A stretch of DNA of 64,000 nucleotides from Epiperipatus broadwayi. Its lineage: Eukaryota; Animalia; Onychophora. Every line of letters starts with the position of its first letter. The stretch's first letter is position 1. A program made the position numbers and the translations under genes. The notes below the pieces were generated by a model. The model was not told where the DNA came from. It saw only the letters and a program-made list of their open reading frames with translations, and ran no database searches. The stretch lies in the NCBI GenBank assembly GCA_028023455.1, contig JAQFVV010000009.1:1116001-1180000 (forward strand), given 5' to 3'. Of the stretch, positions 52,939 to 64,000 are shown one piece after another.

Positions 52939-53878
52939 CTAAATATATATAGTCACATATATACATATGTTTATAAATATTTATACATATATACATATTT
53001 ATAAATATAATATGAAATGATATAAAATTTATACAACTGTTATAAATGAAATAAATATTACTTTTACCAAATCATTATTTTTAGATGAGGAGGGAAAGAT
53101 TTACCCAACAATATTTTTATTTTTTTTAAAAAAATTATTATTCTTAAAATAGACAGATAGTTATAAGCCACTAAGACAGATTCCACACTATCATTTATAT
53201 GATCAAACATTTGTATAAGTATACATAAATCTAGATGCAAATTCATTTTTAAATTGTTAATATAAATATGTGACATTCTTAGAGAAAGAGGGAGATCAGA
53301 AAAATGTTTGCCTATACTTCAACCTTTCCTGAAGTTGCTTTAAATTCATGTGATAGCTATTTTGTCAAAATGGCAACAGTCCAATACAAAAAAAAAAAAA
53401 GAAAAAAGAAAAGATAATTGCAAATAAAAATGTCACCAGTAAGAGTTAATAATATTTTGAATTATCCTATATATATCCATACATACAGAGAGAAAAATAA
53501 TAAAAATAATGATTATAAAGCAAGTATTTAGATAAATCATCATTAATATATATTAATTCAACCAAAATTTACAACAAGTCATTTGAATAACATATTTAAA
53601 AATGTAATGCAAGTTCAACTAATATTCCTTTAAGAATATAATGGAAAAAGAAACTACATCTTCAGACACACAAATAAGTAAGTGGCACTAAGTTTTTTTA
53701 AAACTATAGCAGATGTTTTACATCTTTACTATGTAGAGTAAACTTGAATTGATCAAAATTATATATAACAGTGTTTAATTACACTCTATATAAAAATTTA
53801 CATAGAGAATAACAAAAGTAAGACATTTTTAATATAACATGGTAGTAAAGTTATTCCCAAAATAAATTATGTAAATCA

Positions 53879-53967
53879 TAAATAATAATAATAATAATAA
53901 TAGTCGTCGTCGGTAATAATAATACGACGACGTCGTCGCCGCCGCCGCCGCCGCCGTCGTCGTCGTC

Positions 53968-54003
<36 letters not shown>
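53879..54003. repeat. Compound trinucleotide microsatellite (AAT)n-(GTC)n-(GAC)n-(GCC)n-(GTC)n-(AAT)n
   Basis: Read directly from the sequence; explains the low-complexity ORF 53829..54014. Confidence 0.95.
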
Positions 54004-57000
54004 TCACCTGCCAAAAGACATCTCCACCAAAAAAAATTTATTGTGGAACTAAATAAACTTAATTCTAATCTGGAAGGCTCAAAAAAATTATTTCATGGAT
54101 GATAGTTTTTTAGTAAAGGTAATCCATAGATTCATCACCATAAGTATGATACTTCTTCAACTAATTGTGAAAAGTGCATCATATATAGTTTACATATCAA
54201 CATTCATCTGATCAATTAAGATTAATCTTAGGTTTTTGTTCTTTATTTAATAATAATATCTAGACATTCATTTAACTTCAATAATTAAATTTCTAATAAA
54301 ATGGCTATGGACCAGCCATCTGAAAAAAAAAAAAAAAAATCCTAAGTTTGCATATAAACTGATTAAAACTGTTTTAATTATATTCAAATTCAAAGTTATG
54401 GCCATAAAATTTGATATCTTAATACAAGTTCTTTCATTTACCCTTAGGATGATTAATTATCATATTTTCACAGCAATCAAAAATCCAAAAGTTTAACAAT
54501 AAGTTTGTAATTGGAGCTTTCAAAAAATTCCAATTATTTATTTGTAGTATTAATTTGTTTAAATAATTATACCTTACAAAGTATCATTTGTATCATAAAT
54601 TCTTAAAACAAAATGACTTTCAAAGTGGACAATAGTGAAAACTATAATGCAATAAGATCTTCAAATTATTATACAACAAACATATGTTTATTATTAATAT
54701 GTTCAACATATTATTCTGTTTCCCAATTTTTTTATCTTTGGTTTAAATGATCATTTGTAATTTTGAGATTAGCTCATTTATGCTCTTTCTGGGAATGATT
54801 TTTTTTTTGGCTAAACTTTATTTATATAACATTTTGAACACTGATGCTGCCTATATATTTTATCAAATTTATTCTCAATCTTGATATTGCCAGAGTTACT
54901 AATCCTGATCGAAGTATTATTCTCTATAATTAGTGTCATGTATATTTTCTGTTTAAAATTATGATAATAGAAATTACTTTTTGATTTCTTATCTTTCACA
55001 AAAAAATCATATTTTTTAAACAATAATAACATGGTTTTGTAGCAACAATTCTAATGGTAGTATATTTGATAATTCATCAGTTACAAAATTTGGAAAAAAT
55101 TCAATTAATTTGAATTATTTCCAAAGCTTTTGATCAAATGTATTTATAACGTACTTTTAATAAGCATACAGAATTTCATATAACTTCTGAAAATTTCAAG
55201 AAATAAATTATATGTTCTTGATTTTGGAAGTTTGAAAATTATTTATTAAATTAAAAAAATTAATTTTGTAGCAAATGCATACACTACTAAGGTAGTTTTT
55301 TGTTATCATTTTAATATACGATAGTTTAGAGAATGAAAAATCCATTGTCAATTATATTCTAAATGCCATCATAAAATTAGTAAAAAAAAGTTTGCAATCA
55401 TACATTTAAAAATAAAATATATTTATATTCAGGACTATGAATATTTCTACTTTTAAATATATCTTTCATTTCATGTATAAATTTTTTCCTAAAGTGAGCT
55501 TTTTTTTAACATTATCATTTTTAAAATTGAAAAAAAATTTAAATTCATTAATTGCATGCATCCATAAATTTTAAAGTGACGCTGCATTTTTATCATAATA
55601 CAGCAAAAATATATTTAATTTAAATTCATGTTTTGATGATGTTTAATTTAATGAACATTAAAAATTTTTTTAGTGGATCATAATTTGCATTTTTTTCATA
55701 TATTCTTTCTTTTTTTACCTCTATATAGAAAAACAAAATTTAATTTTTTAATTTCTCTTTTACATTTTATTTTTTATTGAATATTTTAGTCTGCTAGAGA
55801 TCAAAATCATTTTTGAAATATTTTTGCAATTTACACTAAGCTTTCCATTTATTCCAGAATATTTGAAAATATTGATCTTTGTTGACACAATAAATTTAAA
55901 TATACATTCTAAAATGTGATTACAAAACACACAAAATAAGCCTTGATCTAATTTACATAATTTTTGCAAAATTAATCCTTTTTAGTCAGTGTCATAGTTA
56001 TGTCAATATCTTCATGTAATACTTCTGAAATGATCATGCCCTATGTGGTTTACAATAGAATCTGGAGCTCAAGGTCCTAAGTTTCAATTCTGTCACTTCC
56101 AATGCTAAAATATATCTTATAAACTGAACAATAAACTATTTGATTTATTTTATTATTGGATTTCATCACAATAACATATTTAAAGCATAATCTTGTTTCA
56201 CAAAGAAATGTTTTTTTACAATATTTTGCTGCCCAATTGATATTTTTTAATTGTCATTCACAATATTCCATCTATAAGTGAAATTCAATAAAATGAGTAA
56301 TAATCTTGAATTATTCCAAAACAAGATTTTATTTCTATATTTGGAACGTGTCTACAAAGAACAGTTTTATCAAATTATATGCATTGCTTTAGCACAATTA
56401 ATGTAGCTTGGACTTTTTGGAATCAAGATTACAACAGAATAATATTGTAAAATTGTAAGTTAGACCTTTTCCATTATAACTTTTTATATAAATGATTTTA
56501 TCATTGTCATTATCAGTTTTGACTAACATGTGTTACAACTTTTCTTCAAATTCAGAATTTACTCATCTTCAATGACTACAATATTTTCTGCTCTTTTTAT
56601 CAATACTTTTGCTTTTTTTTTAACTTGTAATTTCTAATTTTCATAATTACGTATATACGTTGATAATTGATTAAAAAAAAAAATAGTCCTAAATTAATAA
56701 AAGTTAAGTTCAAAAAAACCATAAATTGATTAACATCAATTCATTGTTCCTAAGCCTACATAAATTAATTGCAGTGCATTGTATAATTAGTTAATATAGT
56801 TTAGTAGGTTTTATTATTTATTAAATAAAATATGTTTATGATGCAACTGTTTGGAAGTAACATCTATTTGCAATGCAGGAGCTGCAAGTTGCTTTCAAGT
56901 ACTTTGGTCATAAATGTTCTACTTTACATAATTAATTAAAAATGATTAAATTAAGTGAACAAGGCATGTTGATGATTAACATAATAAGTAGCTTAGGATT

Positions 57001-57915
57001 GGCTTACTAAGCAGAATCATCATAAAGAATAAAGATAAGACTTTAAAATAAGTTAAAAGACATCTATGAATACAAAATCAATTAGGAAGTATTGAAGCCC
57101 AATTATGAAAATAGGAACACTTAATGATCTTTAAGCCAAATTATTATTCAAAGTAAATCTTTAAGTTTGTTTAACTTCATAAAAAATGAGAGAAGAAAAT
57201 TGCTGGCTAATTTAAAAAATAAAAGTCTTTTTAACATCTTAATTCAGGGTGAATCAGCTCATTTCAAGTTTTTTTAAAAATTATTATGATATTAATAACA
57301 GTATAATATGACTTTTTTGGGTGACTAATATGCTTCCAAGAGCAGTTCTCTTCACACTAGTCTATGATCAACAATATTGTAAGCTTGAGTAATCAATCCC
57401 CAAGCCAGTTTCTGGTTTTTGACTTCAATTGAGTAGTATAAAAGAATAAAAGCTAGCTTCTGGATACATAAGTGCATTAATTTCAACATTGAATCATAAG
57501 TCCTCACTAATGAAACCAATCTGGGAATGTGAATATTATATCTAGTGTTCATTGATTATTATGATTAACAATAAATGGCTTGGGAATAGAATGAAAAGAA
57601 CTATTGTAACATTATATTTTTTCTTAATTATTTTATTAACACTATTAATTAATTAACTATTTATAAATAAAATTAAAAGAAATTAAATTATAATAAAGTA
57701 ATGTTTTCTTAATTTCTTTTTAATTTTGTTCATAAATGTTTGTGTTAGTAAAATAATTAACAAAATTAATAAACAACTAAATATAATTGTGCTAATAGAA
57801 TAATATTATGATCTAATTCATTTAGAGGCAGGGGTCTAATTTTTTATTCTATTCTTATTATAAAGTGTTGCTGCAATATTTTTTGTTGTTGTAATTTTTA
57901 CCATACAATTACCAA

Positions 57916-60287
57916 TACTTTGATATTAGAGCTGCAACATGGAGTATATATTAGATCCACTGTGCCTGTTCACATTTGTATCAATCCGTTGATAACTTTG
58001 TAATCCTGGGATCTGACCAAAATAATGTGTACATGACTTGACAAAAAAAAACATGTACATGAATCTTGTACATATTTTGGCAAGATTTACAAAGTTATCG
58101 GGGATTCGATACAAATGTGAAAAAGGCACAGTAAATCTAATACATGCTCCGTGTTGCAGGACTAAAAATAACTAAAAGTAAAAACATAATAAACATATTT
58201 ATCATTTTCAATAAGAAATGTATGATTTTGAACTAGACATTCATGTTATTTATGATCTTAATGAAATGGCATTAAATAAAAAAATTGTTAGTTTAAATAC
58301 GCACTAAACAAACAGTAAATAATTTTGGTTTTTAAATAACAAGACATTCAAATATATACAACTTGGACACTAACAACTTTTAAGAATGACATTTGAAATA
58401 AAAAAAAAAAAGTGATTTGTGATCTTAATGAAATGACAGCATTACACAAAAAAATTGTTAGTTTAAATATGCACTAAACAAACAATAAATGATTTTATTT
58501 TTTAAATAATAGTTATAAAAAGACATTAACTATATGTACAACTTTTAAGACAACATTTTTAATATAAAAAAAAAGTGATTTGCGATCTTAATGAAAAGAT
58601 GCCATTGCACAAAAAAATTTTAACTAAACAAATGGTAAATGATTTTGGTTTCTAAATAATATTTAAAAAAACACATTAAATATACTCATCCGATACTTAC
58701 TGTGTAATATATAACAGGATTGTCACCTTGAAAAAAAACATTTCATGTTATATTACCACAGAAAATGAAGATCTTTAATAAAAATTTTCCTTCCGAAAAT
58801 GTAGCATGTGAGTGCAGAGTACGCTGGGATTTTCAACAGAAATGCTAATAGACATTCTTTTTTTTATAAACAAATTAAATCAAAAAAAAAAAAGAAACAA
58901 AAACTGAAAATATAAAACTGTATATGAATTGGAATAGTTGTTGTCAGAAAGAAATCTGGACAATAACTGAAAATGTCGAAATATTACAAAAAAAAAAAAT
59001 GATTGTGTTGGTAAAGAAAAACACGTTTTGTCATGTATACTCACAGAGATTATTTCCTTTCAATTTGATGTCATCGCGACATTACACATTTATTGTAAAT
59101 GTGTCTTTTCATACCTATAATAAATGTGTAATGTCGCAATGATGTCAAATTGAAAGGAAATAAACTCTGTGAGTATACTTGTGGAAACGGGTTTTTATCT
59201 TTATCAATGCGATCTTTTTTTTTTTTTGTAATACTTCAACATTTTCAGTTATTATCCAGCTTTCTCTCTGCCATACTTAACGATATAAAAGAAATGGTTT
59301 CACCAGGATAAAAACCTAATAAAAGTCTCATAATTAATATGTGTTCTTTTTTGTGGTTTTTGTTCTTTTTTTTTTTTTTGGTTTAATTTGTTTATTAAAA
59401 AAATACATTTATTAGCATTTCTGTTGAAAATCCCAGCATACTCTGCAATCACTTGTTACATTTTCAGAGAAAAAATTTTTAGTAGAGGACATCTCCATTT
59501 TCTGAGGTAATATTACATGAAAAATGTTTTTTTCAAGGCGACAATTCTTGTTATATATTACACGGTAAATATCATATGAATATACTTAATGTGTTTTTAT
59601 AAATATTATTTAAAAACTAAAATCATTTACTGTTTGTTTAACAACAATTTTTTTGTATAATGACGTCATTTCATTAAGATCACAAATCACATTTTTTTTT
59701 TTTTGATTGGGAATGTTGTTCTTAAAAATTGTTATTGTGAAAAGTCTTACGAATAGTTAACATTTTTTTATAAATATTATTTAAAATCCAAAATCATTTA
59801 CTGTTTGCTTAGTGCATATTTAAACTAACAATTTTTTTGTGTAATGCCGTCATTTCATTAAGATCGCAAATCACATTTTTTTATTTTATTTTAAATGTCG
59901 TTCTTAAAATTATTAGTGTTCAAGTCATACATATTTGAATGTCTTATTCAAAATTATACATTTCTTATTGAAAATGATAAATATGTTTATTATGGTTTCC
60001 TTTTTTAATTATTTTTAGTCCTGCGACATGGAGCATGTATTAGACCTATTGTGCCCTTTTCACATTCGTATCAAACGCCCCCGATAACTTTGTAAATCTT
60101 GCCAAAATAACATGTACAAGATCCGTGTACACGTTCTTTTTTTGCCAAAAAAGTAGTGTACAAGATCAGTGTACACATTATTTTGGTCAGATCCCAAAAT
60201 TACAAAGTTATCAGTGGATTGATATGAATGTAAACAGGCACAGTAGATCTAAGACATGCTCCATGATGCAGCTCTAATACCAAAGTA
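57916..60287. mobile_element. 2.37-kb foldback element with arms of about 1.18 kb, nested terminal hairpins and internal tandem subrepeats
   Basis: TACTTTGATATTAGAGCTGCAACATGGAG...CTCCATGATGCAGCTCTAATACCAAAGTA. Axis near 59098-59115. CCAA direct repeat at 57912-57915 and 60288-60291. Confidence 0.88.
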
Positions 60288-60381
60288 CCAAATAATTATA
60301 ACATCAGCATTTAAAATTTTTTAATTAAAAAAAATTTTTTTTTTTAGAAAATATTAATAGATAATACAAATTATTACTTAC

Positions 60382-60447
60382 GCTGTTGGGCATACATATT
60401 TAATATGGCTAGATTTAATACCACTTAACGCTTGGGACCAGCCATGC
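60382..60447 (-). CDS. LYPLA1: Acyl-protein thioesterase (lysophospholipase 1/2), first coding exon in window (HGWSQALSGIKSSHIKYVCPT-A)
   Basis: Minus strand TTTTTATGTACAG|G CAT GGC TGG...ACA GC|GTAAGT. 66 nt, and the phase joins the next exon. Matches the HGW...KYICP(H/T)A segment of APT1/APT2. Confidence 0.95.
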
Positions 60448-60599
60448 CTGTACATAAAAATAAACATATAAACATTTATAAATATATTTTTCAGAATACT
60501 TTAAATAAAAGGAACTTTTATTATTGTTTTAATCAACATCATTTATTTTATTGATTAATCATAGACAACTAATAATTTACTAAGTATCTATATTATATT

Positions 60600-61520
60600 A
60601 AATCATAATATCTTTTTATCAATCATTTCACTAAAGATATTTTAATTAACTCCTCCCCCCCTCCCCACACTATAATATCATCCAAACAGATTAATATATT
60701 AGAATAATGAAATATATACACAGCTTATCATTTTTTTCATTATTTGATCAATACAGATAGATAATAAAAATATTCCTGACCAATTTTTTTTATAATTTAA
60801 AGCTTTATATTTACATGTGTACATTATTTAAACCACAATATTTTTTTATCAAACAATCATTTCATTATAGATATTTTGATTAACTTCTCTTCCCCATGCT
60901 ATAATATCATTCAAATAGATTAATATCTGCTGTGTCGCAACTACGACTGGGTGGCCAGCAAATGAATATATACAATAAGACAATATTTTAAGTAATCAGA
61001 ATAATGAATAGTCTGTAACAACACTATCTCTACAGTTAGCTAACGTTCAATTCCCTCAATGTACATTCAGGCTGGCTGCTACACTAGATCTCTCCTAACG
61101 GAATTGAACATGAAAGTCAACTGGAGTTGCACTCTAAAAATGGCCTCACGTACTTGTTACATACTCTTTTTTATAGCTTTCTGATAACTGCAACAATTAA
61201 TTACATTCCCCAATAAGGTAAGGTTTCTTATCTAGAAATATTTGCAATCAGCAAATATTTCTTGGAATTTTGTCAATCACCATTATGTTAATGCTTTAAT
61301 TAAATTCCTCGGTTATCAGTATGTGGTCTAAAAACCATCTCTCAAATAAATTCTAGTTTTTCTGGAGTGCACAAATTTGTATGCCATTTTTACAAAAATA
61401 CAACAATATCTTATTAGAATAATGAAATATACACAGTCTATTCTTTTTTTCATTATTTGATCTATACAGATAGCTAACAAAAATATTAATGACCTATTTT
61501 TTTTTACAATTTAAAGCATT
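60600..61520 (+). repeat. Tandem duplication of about 235 bp; the second copy is interrupted by a solo LTR
   Basis: TATAATATCAT.CAAA.AGATTAATAT and TATTAGAATAATGAAATATA...TTCATTATTTGATC are each duplicated. Confidence 0.8.
60928..61405 (+). mobile_element. Probable solo LTR (BEL/Pao or Copia type), 478 bp
   Basis: TGCTG...CAACA termini, 5-bp TSD ATATC (60923-60927 and 61406-61410), and AATAAA near 61346. Confidence 0.65.
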
Positions 61521-62179
61521 GACAACTCCTGCTTTTTGTATCATTTATCAATATTGAAAATTATTTAAAATGTCCTGCTAATATTTGACAGAGAGGCAGC
61601 ATTTTGGCATAAATAGAAACTTGAATTTTAATCCAAGTATTGAAATAAGCATACCAATTAGTCCAATAACTAGCAAATTGTTGTATTTTTATAAATCACA
61701 AACTTCATATTATAAGAATATTCTTATTAATTGCTATTATTTCTCATTCATGTTTTGCTGTTATCAAAAATTAGTATGATTTGTAAGACTAGATTCTTCT
61801 TTGATTATATCAAAGATAAGAGAGACAGAAAAAAGGATATTTTGTAAGAAAGTACTCTTCCTCATTTGTAATGTTTCTCAATGATTTAGCAAATGTATTC
61901 ATGTTACCCTTCAACAAAATTTTTTGTAATGTTATTTAAGTTTACAAAAAGGGAATTATGTTTCAAAACTTTAAAATCTTAATTTTTATTAATAATAATT
62001 CTAAATGAACAATCATCTTTTGATTCTAAAGAAATGAAAACAAATAAAGTGGGAGGGATCTTTTTATTTTATTATGATTGTTTGGGTTGTATGGATTAGA
62101 GTGAGATTAATATTGTTTTCTAGTCAAATGTCATCCCCACTTAAAGGCAGTCTACCCCAGAATAAAGAACATCTCTCAG

Positions 62180-62540
62180 AATTTGGACATCTTTCTGCCC
62201 TTGAAAGAATAAATCTTCCTAAAGGTGAATGAACCTTGTGGTCAATGGGATGATGATGTAGAAGTCGACATGAAACCACTAACTACATTAAATACTCTAG
62301 AATATCTCATAAATTTTGTAGCCATAAATGGATATTGAGAGATATCAGCGTGAACAGAGAACTGTTGAACATGATAAGATTGAAGAAAATAAAATTCCTG
62401 GGATGCATGTAGAGACATGATGTTTTTCTACAAAATATTTTTAAGGATAAAGTTTTGGAAAGAAGATTGAAATGCAGGTCAGTGAAATGAGATATAATTT
62501 TTATCCAAGTATGAAAAAAATGGCTGAGGACAGAATGTCA
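62180..62540 (+). mobile_element. Degenerate LINE 3' fragment (RTE-like)
   Basis: VNRELLNMIRLKKIKFLG...KDKVLERRLKCR resembles RELL..IRKRKL.FLGH...GKIEG.R.RGR. Confidence 0.5.
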
Positions 62541-63864
62541 TTACTGCAATAATAGATGCTGCTGTTTAATTTAGAACAAAAATTTGATCCACAATAAAGA
62601 AATTATTCTGATACAATTCATCAAATTTTTTGCTATCTTTAATCAGATTTTTTGTTTTTAAATTATACTTACATTTTTGTTTGCTAGCTTGTTTTATAAA
62701 AATTGAGAAATATCAACATCTCACAGTTTAGTCTACTTGGCTTCTGAAGTAAAGCAATGAATAAAATCATTAGAAATGAGAAAGAATGTTTAAACTGTTA
62801 ATAAAAAAAATATCATTAAGTTGTTTCATTTATTAGTGCTTTACTGAAAGTTTAGTTTTGTTATGATAATTCTTTTTTTTAATTACTAACTATTCCCTGC
62901 TTGGTTTAAAATAGTATATGCAGTGGCAGATTCTGGAGTTTAAGATCCATGGAACATGGCTTCACTCTACCATTTATGGTGCTCTTATGAACCCTGAGTA
63001 ATAAGCTTTTTGATACAAAAATACAGCTTTTCAAATACCATTTAATTTCTTGTCTTAAAATTTTAAATTAAGCATAACATTTTTAGATTGCCTTTAATCA
63101 GATATTTGCTTTTAATAATGAATTCTTTTAACAGCTATCCAAAATGAAGATTCACATTTTAAAAATTAAATAATCTGGAGGATAAGATTCTCAGATTATT
63201 TCTAGTTCAAAGACTTCTGATGCTCAAACTTCTTGAATAACTGCTCAAAAATAAATATATTTATTCTAATTCCAGAAAAGAAAGACAAAAAGAACAAATA
63301 GCTAAATGAATTTTGCAATGATTTTATAAAGCAATCTTTGAATCACAAATATGTTAATATACATCAAAAACTATTTCTTTGAAGTAGTTATTTGACATTT
63401 TGTGATGACATGATTTTGTCTAAATATTTTTATTTGAAAGTTCTAATACTCATAATTTTTAAGGCACTCCTCATTATCATTATTTTTTTCTTTATTTTTT
63501 TTTTAAATTTTAAATAAGTGTGAGTAGTTAACAATGAATTGTAAATTACTTGTAAGTATTTTATATATAAATAAATAAACAATATTTTTTCAAATACACT
63601 CAAATTAATTCTTAATCAATGTAAATAATTATTAAAACAAATAATGCTATTTTGTCAGATTTAACTTCTAATCAGATATTTTAATGCATTACTAATAAAA
63701 AGGTGGTAACAATGCTTTACCAATTATAATATTGCCATACAATAATTAAACAATTTCAATATAATATATAAACCAATTCTTTAATATCAATTAATATTAA
63801 AAACAGAGTAAATAAAGATTATAATCATGAATTAAAAGAATAGAATAATTTCAAATACACTCAG

Positions 63865-63960
63865 ATATTTATCATAAAATTAAACTTGGACAAAGTGCTT
63901 TTAGTAGAAATAATTTAATATTAAAAGGAAATATGCTTATATGTTTGAAAATATTTTTAA
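63865..63960 (+). mobile_element. Short RTE fragment of the same family as 1-553
   Basis: ATTAAACTTGGACAAAGTGCTTTTAGTAGAAATAAT...AAAGGAAATATGC matches 83-150. Confidence 0.7.
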
Positions 63961-64000
63961 TCAAATTTTTATATATGGATCAAAAACTTAATGTTTAATA

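Noticed and set aside
53829-54014. Poly-I/T/A ORF
   Set aside because: Translation of the microsatellite.
54000-57000. Possible degenerate DNA transposon on the minus strand (Cys-pair peptides in ORFs 54811..55032 and 55760..55969)
   Set aside because: No catalytic motif, TIR or TSD could be identified.
59020-59530. Hammerhead-like words in the giant palindrome (CTGTGAG...GAAAC; CTGAGG...GAAA)
   Set aside because: No complete core and no stem I complementarity.
60448-64000. LYPLA first exons and promoter (IFLHGLGDTG)
   Set aside because: Not found on the minus strand; presumably beyond the window edge.

Overview
AT-rich, CpG-depleted eukaryotic genomic DNA, probably from an invertebrate (arthropod-like; inference only). 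It holds one recognisable host gene: the last six coding exons of an acyl-protein thioesterase (LYPLA1/2, APT1 family) on the minus strand. The exons are 60382-60447, 52891-52938, 47467-47537, 37183-37358, 32015-32179 and 16528-16578. All introns are GT-AG and phase-compatible, and the Ser-Asp-His triad is intact; the first exon(s) lie beyond the right edge. The rest is decayed mobile DNA: RTE, L1/Tx1-like and other LINE fragments, three Buster/Charlie-type hAT relics, a Penelope-like GIY-YIG fragment, a solo LTR, and about ten foldback palindromes including a 2.4-kb one. The most interesting signal is invisible in the ORF track: type I hammerhead ribozyme (HHR) motifs in four unrelated sequence families. 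(A) A tandem array of about 450-470 bp retrozyme-like monomers at 1.1-3.3 kb, with dispersed copies, one flanked by a perfect 16-bp TSD. (B, C) Two head-to-head inverted duplications with outward-reading hammerheads and 15-bp and 13-bp TSDs. (D) A hammerhead remnant downstream of the Penelope endonuclease. Together they suggest a Penelope-driven retrozyme/circRNA and foldback system. All genomic copies seen here carry some decay, so activity is not shown. TE boundaries are approximate unless TSDs are given.
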